Source of the DNA: Nostoc sp.
Lineage (GTDB): Bacteria; Cyanobacteriota; Cyanobacteriia; Cyanobacteriales; Nostocaceae
Assembly: GCA_036918135.1 (NCBI GenBank)
Contig: JBALDB010000008.1
Coordinates: 120,485-184,484 of the forward strand
Direction: 5' to 3'
DNA length: 64,000 nucleotides
Positions 10,622 to 20,076 of this stretch are shown here, piece by piece. A program made the position numbers and the translations under genes. The notes below the pieces were generated by a model. That model saw only the letters and a program-made list of their open reading frames with translations, was not told where the DNA came from and did not search any database. Within the stretch, counting starts at the first letter, position 1. Each line of letters begins with the position of its first letter.

Positions 10622-10921
10622 TTAAACACCCAAACGGCGTATACCTTTAGTACTATTAACTAAATGCAATTTCTGTGATAATTTTAAAGACTTAACCCAA
10701 GGTTGCTCTGACAACTGGGAAATGGCATTTGATGACAGTGTTGCCGTGAAGAGATTTTGGTCATTTCTCATACCATTAACACCTAAGCTTGTGAAAAAAC
10801 TAGTTACAACTGGGTCTGAAACTGGTTCAGTATAAATGAAAACCGCCAAATTCGGTTTTTCTAAGTCTTGAACATTATTCAGCGCTACAGTAAGAGGAGC
10901 GTCTAACTTTTGATAATTCAT
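10622..10921 (-). CDS. Small protein homologous to the N-terminal propeptide of the nearby S8 protease
   Basis: MNYQKL..VFIYTEP..TATLSSNAISQLSEQ..KLSQKLHL versus S8 MRYEKL..VFIYCDP..TAFLPIDALDILSEE..KPSRKLYL; likely ATG at 10921. Confidence 0.75.
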   Translation of the reverse strand: MNYQKLDAPLTVALNNVQDLEKPNLAVFIYTEPVSDPVVTSFFTSLGVNGMRNDQNLFTATLSSNAISQLSEQPWVKSLKLSQKLHLVNSTKGIRRLGV

Positions 10922-11176
10922 AATCCATTTCCTGCAAAGATAAGCAAGCCTAGTCAACTGCGTTCTCACAAACTTAGCAAATTTACCGCTGACTATCTCC
11001 TATCCTTATGCAGATGTTAATACTTACTCGTTACTTCCAATTACAGATTTAGCCAGTTGAGCAGACTAAATTGCCAATATTTTAGTTAAAGTTAGTAGAT
11101 TAGTTTTGATTACTAAAGCGATCGCCTCTAGCATTCAAGTTGCATTAATTGGCGATCGCTCGATGTGAAAGTGAAG

Positions 11177-13003
11177 TTAGACAATCGCTAAGTTAGTCAA
11201 GTTGCCTTTATAGCCACTAATCTCAATTACAGCATCCGTCTGGGCAGAAAATCCATTAATGTTATCGTTGAGTGCCAGGAAAGTCTGCTGATAATTGCCT
11301 CTACCAAGGGTAAAAGTTGCCGCAGCTTTAGCCACAAAAGCAGTTGCAGTTAATACCTGTTGTACATCTGATAAATTGAAACTCGCAACAGTGCTAAGTT
11401 GAACTAAATTAGCAGTGCTAACTGCATACAGCCCATCAATTTTGTCTTCACCGATTTTCAAGTCAGTAATTCTATCAAAGCTAGACAACAGCGAATCACT
11501 CAGGCTGTTAAACACAAATTTATCAGCGCCACAACCGCCTGTGAGAATATCACGCCCAGCGCCACCATTGAGAATGTCATTACCGTTGCTACCAACTAGT
11601 TTGTCATTTCCGGCTAATCCTAAAAGTTTATCGTCGCCGTTTTTGCCGGATATTTTATCATTACCAGCCCCACCAGTGAGTTTATCTGTACCGTTACTAC
11701 CGTTTAAGGTTTTATTGGGTACACTTCCTTCTGTAATAGTCTTGCTGATGAATTGACCATTGACATTATATAAATAAGTGGCAACTGCATCAATAGTGCC
11801 ATTGCTGTTGTAGTCAATATCTGCGGTAGTTAGTTGACCATTGGCATCGTAGTTGTAAGTGGTAATCTCGTCAGCGATGCCATTATTATTGAGGTCAGCT
11901 ACCTGTGCAGCTAGTCTGTTGTTAACATCATAGCTGTAAGTAGTCACTCGATCGAAGATACCATCATTATTGTCGTCAATCTTCTGTGAAATCAGCTTGC
12001 CGCTCAAATCGTAGCTGTAGCTGCCAACCGCATCAATTACACCATCATTGTTGAAGTCATAGCTGGCGGATGCGCGTCCATAAGTATTAGTAAAGGTTGT
12101 GGTTCTGACATAATGAATGCCGTAATTGTATTCACTAACCTTGGATGTCTGATTGCCGTTGGCATCATAAGTATAGGTAGAGATCTCTTGTGGGATGTCG
12201 TCTAAGTTGCCTAAGTAATAACTCTCGGATTTCGATGTCAACTTGCCGCTGATATCATAAGTATAGGTTGTGAGTTGCTGACCGCCACCGGAGCCATCTT
12301 CGCTGTAAGTAAAAGTTTCTATTGTAGATGTCAATCTGCTGTTGGCGTCATATGTAGCAGTTCTGGTATATGGAGGGCGACCTTCTACTTGATAAGTGTA
12401 GAATATTAGATTGCCGTTGGCATCATAACTATAGGTTTCGACTTCTTCCGCGACGCCCTCACGAGTTTTGAAGGATGTCACCCTTCCGTTGGCATCATAA
12501 GTATAAGTATTAAAAAAGGTTGTGACACTATCTATGATGCCGTCGCCATCGTAGTCAGAGCTAGAGGATACCGTGTTGCCGTTAGCATCATAAGTTTCGA
12601 CACGATCGATAATGCCGTCGCTATCGTAGTCAGTGCTAGAGGATGTCAACTTCCCGCCAGCATCATAAGCATAAGTATATGTTGTGACAGAATCAGCAAT
12701 GCCGTCGTTGTCGAAGTCACGGCTATCGGATGTCTTATTGCCCTTGGCATCATAAGTATAAATATCATTAACAATGCCGTCGCCATCGCTGTCACGACTT
12801 TCAGATCTCAGGTTGCTGTTGGCATCATAAGTATAGCTGGTGACACTATCAGCGATGCCGTCGCCATTATAGTCAGTGCTAACAGATGTCAGGTTATAAC
12901 CGTAGTTAATAACTGAGTCTATTGTCCCATCACTGTTATTATCTATGCTTTCAGCTATTAAGTTGCCACCGGCATCGTAAGAGTAAGTTGTGGTTGAACT
13001 CAT
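11177..13003 (-). CDS. Secreted Ca-binding repeat protein (YD-like repeats with DxDxDG loops, RTX nonapeptides, bluetail-like C-terminus)
   Basis: Repeated YTYDANG and DYDGDGIID; GGAGND/GGAGRD repeats; C-terminal TFLALNDNINGFSAQTDAVIEISG. Confidence 0.8.
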   Translation of the reverse strand: MSSTTTYSYDAGGNLIAESIDNNSDGTIDSVINYGYNLTSVSTDYNGDGIADSVTSYTYDANSNLRSESRDSDGDGIVNDIYTYDAKGNKTSDSRDFDNDGIADSVTTYTYAYDAGGKLTSSSTDYDSDGIIDRVETYDANGNTVSSSSDYDGDGIIDSVTTFFNTYTYDANGRVTSFKTREGVAEEVETYSYDANGNLIFYTYQVEGRPPYTRTATYDANSRLTSTIETFTYSEDGSGGGQQLTTYTYDISGKLTSKSESYYLGNLDDIPQEISTYTYDANGNQTSKVSEYNYGIHYVRTTTFTNTYGRASASYDFNNDGVIDAVGSYSYDLSGKLISQKIDDNNDGIFDRVTTYSYDVNNRLAAQVADLNNNGIADEITTYNYDANGQLTTADIDYNSNGTIDAVATYLYNVNGQFISKTITEGSVPNKTLNGSNGTDKLTGGAGNDKISGKNGDDKLLGLAGNDKLVGSNGNDILNGGAGRDILTGGCGADKFVFNSLSDSLLSSFDRITDLKIGEDKIDGLYAVSTANLVQLSTVASFNLSDVQQVLTATAFVAKAAATFTLGRGNYQQTFLALNDNINGFSAQTDAVIEISGYKGNLTNLAIV

Positions 13004-13085
13004 TAATTTATATTCCTTATCTGAGTGATTTCAGTTATGGACTGCGTTTGATTTTATTGTGCCAACTTACTTATTTAGGTAAATA

Positions 13086-13218
13086 ACCTGAGTTCGGCAT
13101 AAGAAAAGGGGCAGGTAGTAAGCTGAAAATAGCGTTAAATCCAGCAACCTGCCCTATGCTTAGTTTAGATGCTTTGTTCTACCATGTAGATGATTTCTGT
13201 AAGGCTTTTGAAGTGCAA
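13086..13218 (+). mobile_element. IS982-family left-end remnant
   Basis: ACCTGAGTTCGG end followed by MLSLDALFYHVDDFCKAFEVQ, matching the typical IS982 transposase N-terminus; truncated at the S8 stop. Confidence 0.7.
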
Positions 13219-14946
13219 TTACAGATTTAGAGTATTAATCAGTCCATAACCCCATTTATCATCAAATGTGCCTGCGGGTTTTCCGGGAATCGCACTATTT
13301 TTACGTAGCAAATCTTTCAAAGTAGCCGGATCGAGTTGAGGATTGCGCTGTAACAGTAATGCAACTAACCCGGTGACGAAAGGTGTCGCCATACTCGTAC
13401 CAGCCATTGCCACAAATTTAGAATTAATCATTGATGAGCGAGCAGAATTGGCATTAGCAGAAAGTGTGGAAACAATCATCGCTCCCGGTGCAGCTATATC
13501 GGGCTTTTGGGCATCATTGCGTAGAGGGCCTTCACTACTGAATTCGGAAATAGTATCCAAATCTAAGCCGATTTCTTGCACTTGGTTATCAATATCTGTA
13601 TACTTAGCTTTTGTGGTGTAAGCTGCAACTGTAACGGCACTGCTAGCGGCTCCTGGCGAACCAATTTTAAGCGCATCCTTGATGCTTTTACCTGTAAAAA
13701 ACACTGATGACATATCATCTAATGTCCACACATTTAGACGTGTGTCAGTTGCAGAAGTATTGCGTAGGCGCAGTTGCCAAATACCTCCCATTACTTGCGA
13801 AGGCCCGTTACCACGTATTTGTACAAAGAAGTTATGGTCGCCGTTAATTTGATCTGGGCCTGGTGTGACGATTTGTACCCGTGCATCGGGTAACTGATAA
13901 TCTTGTGTGGGATTACCATCAGTAATAATTTTTTGGAAGGGAGTAACAAAACCGTTGGGACTCCGCAGTGACACTTCCAACTCACTGTCTTTGGAATACC
14001 AACCGTTTAACCAAACTATGCCTAATTGATTTAGAGGAACATTAAAGCGCATCCCACGGGTGCGTCCACTGGGTATTGTTGCTTGACCATGAATATTGAT
14101 GCTTCCTTCGTTACCCGCAGCACAGCAAACAATTCTTCCAGGGCCGGTTTCGGCGTCAATCACTTTTGATAAAGAATCGCTACCGTCATGAGCATCAGCG
14201 TGTCCACCCAAACTCAGATTTACTACTGCTGGGCGTCCCAATTCCCTAGCAACTCGAAAAATATAACGAACGCCATCGGCAATGTGGGCATCCTGCATGT
14301 CTGACCTAACGACAACTAATTCCGCCTCTGGTGCCACACCGCTATAAGTAGCATCAGCACCAGTAGCAATTCCGGCAACGTGGGTGCCATGACCGTCAGT
14401 ATCCTGAGAAATTGTCAGTTGCGCTGCGGTAAATTCAGCCCCATAGGGGCCTTCTGTTACTCCTGGGCCTGGCAGGGTTTGATCCCAAATGTGTAAAATC
14501 CGTCCGGCAAAAGCGGGGTGTTTCGGGTCAATGCCACTATCTATAATGCCAACAATTACACCCTTACCAGTCAGTCCACTCTGGTTCTTAAACTCTGGTA
14601 GTTTGACTTTTCCTGGTGCAACATCCATTCGCAAATACAATTTACGTGATGGTTTGATTCGTTGAATTGCATCTTCTTCAGATAAAATATCTAAAGCATC
14701 TATTGGTAAAAAAGCTGTGCGGACACTACCTGAATTTTGATTGACTTCAATATTATATTGTAATAGATAACTCAAATCTGCATTTGGGTCGCAGTAGATA
14801 AAAACGACGCTCTTAGTAGGCTTAACAGTGCTTTTCTGGGCAATAATACCAAGCGATCGCCTATGTGTAACTAAAGCTTGTTCTCCTTCGTTTTGATAAT
14901 CCTCAAATGCTAAAAGTAATCCTGGAGAAAGTTTTTCGTACCTCAT
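13219..14946 (-). CDS. S8 family (subtilisin/Csp-like) serine peptidase with propeptide and inserted domain
   Basis: Triad motifs GIIDSGID, HGTHVAGIA, AAGNEG, GTSMATP; no signal peptide. Confidence 0.93.
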   Translation of the reverse strand: MRYEKLSPGLLLAFEDYQNEGEQALVTHRRSLGIIAQKSTVKPTKSVVFIYCDPNADLSYLLQYNIEVNQNSGSVRTAFLPIDALDILSEEDAIQRIKPSRKLYLRMDVAPGKVKLPEFKNQSGLTGKGVIVGIIDSGIDPKHPAFAGRILHIWDQTLPGPGVTEGPYGAEFTAAQLTISQDTDGHGTHVAGIATGADATYSGVAPEAELVVVRSDMQDAHIADGVRYIFRVARELGRPAVVNLSLGGHADAHDGSDSLSKVIDAETGPGRIVCCAAGNEGSINIHGQATIPSGRTRGMRFNVPLNQLGIVWLNGWYSKDSELEVSLRSPNGFVTPFQKIITDGNPTQDYQLPDARVQIVTPGPDQINGDHNFFVQIRGNGPSQVMGGIWQLRLRNTSATDTRLNVWTLDDMSSVFFTGKSIKDALKIGSPGAASSAVTVAAYTTKAKYTDIDNQVQEIGLDLDTISEFSSEGPLRNDAQKPDIAAPGAMIVSTLSANANSARSSMINSKFVAMAGTSMATPFVTGLVALLLQRNPQLDPATLKDLLRKNSAIPGKPAGTFDDKWGYGLINTLNL

Positions 14947-15355
14947 TTTTGCCTCAAATTTTATTTTTTGGGAAGGAAGAGTTAGAAGTTAAGATATTCT
15001 GAATCTTAACTTCCTTTTTTAGGACTTCGATTGAATGCAACTTGATACAACTCATAATCTATAAAATTAATCCAGTAAGTATCTGAATAATTACGGACAA
15101 AGTTAATTGAAAAATTATTAAAAATTATTATTGATATCAATATAATTAATCAATTTCGATATGATTTTCTACTAAAAAAATTATAAATATTGATAATATT
15201 TCCTTATCAAACAGGGAAAGATTGTGAATAAAAAATAAAAATAACAAATAATTTTTTCATACTTAATGCCCTATGCCCAATTTTCTATCATAAGTAAGAG
15301 TCACAAAGAAGCTAATATTTGCAACGATCGCTTCTGAAGCCACTGAGAGTTATTC

Positions 15356-16828
15356 ATGCAAATTCAAACACCAGACTGGGTGAAGCACGCTGTTTTCTAC
15401 CAAATCTTTCCAGACCGCTTTGCTAGAAGTAAAAAGCCACGTAAACGCCTGTTACATGAAGCCCGTTGGGAAGATTGGGATGCAATGCCAACACTGCAAG
15501 GGTATAAAGGCGGTGACTTATGGGGCATTATGGAGGATTTAGACTATATCAAGGAACTGGGGATAAACGCGATTTATTTCACACCGATTTTTCAATCGGC
15601 TAGCAATCACCGCTATCATACCCACGATTATTATCAAGTTGACCCGATGCTGGGGGGTAACGAGGCTTTTAAGGAATTGCTCGACGCAGCCCATCAACGC
15701 AATATTAAAGTTGTTCTAGATGGGGTGTTCAACCATTCGAGTCGGGGCTTTTTCTTTTTCCACGACGTTCTAGAGAATGGCCCCTATTCTCCTTGGGTAA
15801 ATTGGTTCAAAGTAGAAGGCTGGCCCCTTTCAGCATACAATGGGGAATTCCCTGCTAACTACGTGGGTTGGGCAGGAAATCGCGCCTTGCCACAATTTAA
15901 CCACGATAACCCAGAAGTGCGGGAATACATTATGGAAATTGCCGAATATTGGATTAAATTCGGCATTGATGGTTGGCGATTGGATGTACCATTTGAAATA
16001 GAAACTCCTGGTTTTTGGCAAGAATTTCGCGATCGCGTTAAGGCAATCAATCCCGAAGCTTACATTGTCGGCGAAGTCTGGGGAGATTCCCGCCAGTGGT
16101 TGGATGGGACACAATTTGACGGCGTGATGAATTATCTGTTTGCTGGGCCGACAATTGCCTTTGCGGCTGGCGATCGCGTAGTCTTAGAACAAGTGCAAAG
16201 CCGCGACTATAAACCTTATCCACCCTTATTCGCTACCGAGTACGGCACTAAAATTCAAGAATTACTCGAACTTTATCCTTGGGAAATTCAGCTGACTCAA
16301 CTTAATTTGTTGGCAAGTCACGATACAGCCCGATTGATGACCATTGCAGGAGGTGATGTACCTAGTGTAGAATTATCAACTCTACTATTACTCACATTTC
16401 CTGGTGCTTCCAGCATCTACTATGGTGATGAAGTTGGCTTACCTGGCGGCATAGACCCAGACTCACGTCGTGGTTTTCCTTTACAGACCAACTGGAATCA
16501 AGAAATTTTCAATACTCATCAGCAATTAATTGCCCTCCGCCACGCTTATCCGGCATTGCGTACAGGTGATTACCAAGTTCTCTATGCTCAAGGACAACTT
16601 TACATTTTCGCGCGAACTTTGGAGCAAGAAGAATTGATAATTGGCGTCAACGCTGGGACAAGTTCGGCGACAGCAAATGTAGATATCGCCAGTTTGCATA
16701 CTCAACCCAACAAGCTTTTATATGGTAGTGCTGAAGTTGAGTGGAATAGTGAAGGAGAAACTCCGCAGTTGTCGTTAACTATTCCCGAACGAAGTGGTTG
16801 CATTTTGGGAGTAGGGAGTAGGGAGTAG
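15356..16828 (+). CDS. GH13 neopullulanase/cyclomaltodextrinase
   Basis: VFYQIFPDRF, DGVFNH, DGWRLDV, GEVW, LASHD, IYYGDEVG. Confidence 0.92.
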   Translation: MQIQTPDWVKHAVFYQIFPDRFARSKKPRKRLLHEARWEDWDAMPTLQGYKGGDLWGIMEDLDYIKELGINAIYFTPIFQSASNHRYHTHDYYQVDPMLGGNEAFKELLDAAHQRNIKVVLDGVFNHSSRGFFFFHDVLENGPYSPWVNWFKVEGWPLSAYNGEFPANYVGWAGNRALPQFNHDNPEVREYIMEIAEYWIKFGIDGWRLDVPFEIETPGFWQEFRDRVKAINPEAYIVGEVWGDSRQWLDGTQFDGVMNYLFAGPTIAFAAGDRVVLEQVQSRDYKPYPPLFATEYGTKIQELLELYPWEIQLTQLNLLASHDTARLMTIAGGDVPSVELSTLLLLTFPGASSIYYGDEVGLPGGIDPDSRRGFPLQTNWNQEIFNTHQQLIALRHAYPALRTGDYQVLYAQGQLYIFARTLEQEELIIGVNAGTSSATANVDIASLHTQPNKLLYGSAEVEWNSEGETPQLSLTIPERSGCILGVGSRE

Positions 16829-16927
16829 AGAGAAAAGAGATGAGGAGATTGGGGAGATGGGGGAAAAGTTTTCCCCTCTGCTCCCTTCCCCCTGCCCCCC
16901 TCTGCCTCTTCCCATTCCCCAATCCCC

Positions 16928-17347
16928 TTACTTCCCTGCCACCATTGCAGGCATCAGCACCGCATCAATAATATGGATGACGCCATTGTCTGCCAAAATG
17001 TCTGTTTTGATGACATTGGCGCCATTCACCTGAATTTTGCCATCAACAGATTCAATAGCTAGAATTGATCCTTCAAGCGTCTCTGCCTCATTAATCTGTA
17101 CCAAGTCATCAGACCTGACATCTCCACTCGCAACATGATACGCCACAATTTTCTTAAGCTTGGGAATGTCTTGTAGTAACGAATCTAAAGTTCCCTCTGG
17201 CAAATTGGCAAAAGCTTCATCATTAGGTGCAAAAAGTGTCCAAGAACCAGGACTTTTGAGAACTTCTAAGAAGTCTACAGCTTTAACAGCCTTTATCAGT
17301 GTATTGAAATTTCCTGCTGCGATCGCAGTTTCCACAAGGTCAGCCAT
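16928..17347 (-). CDS. Fasciclin domain protein
   Basis: TLFAPNDEAF, YHV, NGVIHIIDAVLMP. Confidence 0.92.
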   Translation of the reverse strand: MADLVETAIAAGNFNTLIKAVKAVDFLEVLKSPGSWTLFAPNDEAFANLPEGTLDSLLQDIPKLKKIVAYHVASGDVRSDDLVQINEAETLEGSILAIESVDGKIQVNGANVIKTDILADNGVIHIIDAVLMPAMVAGK

Positions 17348-17498
17348 GAGGGTGCATTACATAATACTATAAGTTACTTATAAAGTGACTAAAATACTCT
17401 TAGCCTCTATCAACAGAAAGGTTGCTGGCAATTGAACACACAATAGCAGAGTGATTTAGTGCTGTTACACTGGAGAATGACCCCAAGAACCACTGATT

Positions 17499-17735
17499 AT
17501 GCTTAAGCGTTCTAAGTTCGAGACAACTCAGTCTCAGATTATGCATCGTGCTGAGGATTTGATTAGTGCAGCCTCAAATCGTTACCGCATTACGGTTCAA
17601 GTGGCGAATCGTGCCAAGCGTCGGCGTTATGAAGACTTTGAAAGTAACGAAGATGCGATGATGAAGCCAGTGTTAAGGGCAATCATCGAGATGTCCGATG
17701 AATTGACTCAGCCAGAAATTATTGGCGAACTATAA
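17499..17735 (+). CDS. rpoZ: RNA polymerase omega subunit (cyanobacterial type)
   Basis: [19 protein letters not shown]...[13 protein letters not shown]. Confidence 0.92.
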   Translation: MLKRSKFETTQSQIMHRAEDLISAASNRYRITVQVANRAKRRRYEDFESNEDAMMKPVLRAIIEMSDELTQPEIIGEL

Positions 17736-17858
17736 AAATAGTCATGAGTGCTGAGTGATGAGTGCTGAGTTAGGAGTTAAGAGTTCTAAATTCTCAGTTG
17801 TGAATTCTGAATCAGGCAAATTCATATTTGCACTCAGCAACACCTAAAATCTTGTTCT

Positions 17859-18452
17859 ATGAAAAATAGAAAATTTCGGTTGAAATCAGTTCTTTCAAAA
17901 CTCAAAACTCAGTACTCAGCAGTAGTGTTTGCCTTAATCGTGGGTTTAATTGTTTTGGCAGGGTTATCTACTATCCAACCGGGGACGGCACAGACAATTG
18001 CTCCCACTGAAGTTTGGCAGATAGTATACCAAAAATTGCCCGATTTTCCCCGCGAAAATAAGTATATTAGCAAAGAAAATGGCAAAGTTGCCGAAAACAA
18101 TACCTTAGCAAATCGCTTGATTCGATATCACATTTATACCAAAGGGCGTGCCCCAAATTATCGCTTAGATTGGAAATTAACTTTAGCTGATTACCTGGGT
18201 GCAAATGAAATTATATATGATACTAGCTATCCAGGAAATGATACATTACGAAAGAATCCTTTGGAAGGCGATCGCGCTGCCATTGTCCGTCTGACTCGCA
18301 GTCAGCGCAATACCTTAGTGCAAGTTTTAGTCAATATATTTAATCCTACTTCCCAAACTACACCAGCCCCTCGCTCCAACACCATACCCAGTCCTGCTAG
18401 ACCGACAACTCCACAGTCACCCCAAGGTGGAGGTGCGGAATTACTGAAGTAA
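17859..18452 (+). CDS. Conserved cyanobacterial hypothetical protein with N-terminal TM/signal
   Basis: 197 aa ORF; RLIRYHIYTKGR, RLDWKLTLADYLG; Pro-rich tail. Confidence 0.75.
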   Translation: MKNRKFRLKSVLSKLKTQYSAVVFALIVGLIVLAGLSTIQPGTAQTIAPTEVWQIVYQKLPDFPRENKYISKENGKVAENNTLANRLIRYHIYTKGRAPNYRLDWKLTLADYLGANEIIYDTSYPGNDTLRKNPLEGDRAAIVRLTRSQRNTLVQVLVNIFNPTSQTTPAPRSNTIPSPARPTTPQSPQGGGAELLK

Positions 18453-18522
18453 TAGGATTTTAAGTTGTAGATTAATAACTCCTAACCTCTTGTACAGACG
18501 CGATTAATTGCGTCTCTAGATT

Positions 18523-18888
18523 ATGGAACGCGTTGTCAAAAGCGGAGCTGGTTGGCGCATTGGCTGGAACCCGGATGCACCTGAATTTAAAGGTTTAATA
18601 GGTACAGATGACTGGGCAATTGAGTTAACCGAAACTGAGTTGAATGATTTTTGCCGTCTGCTGGCACAGCTAGCAGACACCATGAAACAACTCGCAACAG
18701 AATTAATGGAAGAGGAAAAAATTGCCTGTGAAGCTGAAAGCGATTTATTATGGATGGAAGTAGAAGGCTATCCCCAGGACTATACTCTGCGTTTCATCTT
18801 AAATACAGGGCGATGTGGAGAAGGTAAGTGGAATGCTTCTGTTGTCGCAGATTTACTACAAGCCACTGGGATGCTCAAAGTTTTTTAA
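18523..18888 (+). CDS. DUF1818 family protein
   Basis: GAGWRIGWNP, GLIGTDDWAIELTE, GRCGEGKW. Confidence 0.8.
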   Translation: MERVVKSGAGWRIGWNPDAPEFKGLIGTDDWAIELTETELNDFCRLLAQLADTMKQLATELMEEEKIACEAESDLLWMEVEGYPQDYTLRFILNTGRCGEGKWNASVVADLLQATGMLKVF

Positions 18889-18994
18889 ATCTCAAATCTA
18901 GATTTTTGCTTGTTTTCATGCTATAATGGCAAAAGTCAGTAAATAGATTCTTAGATTTGCAATTGCCAAAATCTAAAATTTAAAATTGAGTATT

Positions 18995-19068
18995 CGGGGC
19001 GTAGCGCAGCTTGGTAGCGCGCCACTTTGGGGTAGTGGAGGTCGTGGGTTCGAATCCCGCCGCTCCGA
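18995..19068 (+). tRNA. tRNA-Pro (GGG)
   Basis: CGGGGCG acceptor pairing with CGCTCCG; D arm GCGC-AGCTTGGTA-GCGC; anticodon stem CCACT/AGTGG with loop TTGGGGT; GGTTCGAATCC; CCA not encoded. Confidence 0.97.
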
Positions 19069-19143
19069 TTGATAATAAAGGATGTCTGTTAGTCTTTTGA
19101 AAAGATTGGCAGATTTTTTAATTAGGATATTTCTTGGTAGTCT

Positions 19144-19262
19144 CATATCGTGTCCAGTTGAATATTTATGATATCTGTGAGGGTTGGGAATGGGTAATGG
19201 GTGGTGGGTAATAGGTAAGAGAAAATACCTCTTCCCCAATTACCAATTACCTTTTTCCTAAA
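19144..19262 (-). mobile_element. MITE family A, partial copy
   Basis: Reverse complement of cacagatatcataa...ttcaacYggacacgatat end plus STRR interior, shared with 21829, 28356, 45035 and 58207. Confidence 0.65.
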
Positions 19263-19391
19263 TGTCCCAATAGCGGGGGTAAAGAAAGGCAATCGATTAA
19301 CAGTAAATGCTAAAAATGGGCAAAGTGGACGCTGCTAAGTGAATTTTTAATTACTTTGCGCGTTTGCGACCGAACTTCATTTGTTACCACT

Positions 19392-19862
19392 ATGACCTCA
19401 GATACCAAACCCATTTTTGATACCTTAGCTGACCAAGGGTCTACCATCGACTGGAATTGGCTGCTGACCGAAATCCTGACCGCTTTCGACTGCTCTACAG
19501 GCACCATCCATACCTTGGAGCAAGACAGCCAGTTATTGCACCTAAAGGCTTACCAGGACATTCCGGAATTTCTGTTGCCTAAAATGACGGTAATTCCCGT
19601 TGGTAAAGGGATGGCCGGTGTTGCCGCCGAACGCAAGCAACCCGTACAGATTTGTAACCTGCAAACTGACGAATCTGGGGTGGCTAGACCTTCAGCAAAA
19701 GAAACCAAGGTGAAAGGCTCGATCGCAGTGCCATTTATGCTGAATGGCAAATTGCATGGCATCTTAGGCATTGCCAAGCTGGTTCCTTACGAATTTACCC
19801 CGCAAGAAGAAGAAACACTGATGCAGATTGGAGAGGCAATTAGCCGGAAAATCTTTCTTTAA
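19392..19862 (+). CDS. Stand-alone GAF domain protein
   Basis: IPVGKGMAGVAAERKQPV...SIAVPF...GILGI; ATG at 19392. Confidence 0.85.
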   Translation: MTSDTKPIFDTLADQGSTIDWNWLLTEILTAFDCSTGTIHTLEQDSQLLHLKAYQDIPEFLLPKMTVIPVGKGMAGVAAERKQPVQICNLQTDESGVARPSAKETKVKGSIAVPFMLNGKLHGILGIAKLVPYEFTPQEEETLMQIGEAISRKIFL

Positions 19863-20076
19863 TACGAGTAGCTAAACGAGTAGTCTGGCTTATTTGTTAG
19901 GTCAGGCGTCCTTTGTTTGCGATCGCCTCTGTTGATGTTTCCAGATTGTGTTTTCAAATGTCGCTTTAATCCCTAATAAAACATCAAATCAACAAATTAG
20001 ATAAATTTTAGACTCAAGCTGCAAAAAAGGCTAAAAATAAAATTGTGTTCGGACGAACACCCTACTAAAATTTGCT

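Noticed and set aside
11177..13003. RHS/YD polymorphic toxin
   Set aside because: No RHS core DPxG motif, toxin tip or immunity gene; the C-terminus is RTX/bluetail-like.
18995..19068. tRNA-Pro as the attachment site of an integrated element
   Set aside because: No integrase nearby, and I saw no duplicated tRNA 3' end in the window.
18973..19239. 88-aa ORF across tRNA-Pro, and similar ORFs at 26681, 44918, 45089 and 57579
   Set aside because: Translations of tRNA, MITE or IS-remnant DNA, not credible proteins.
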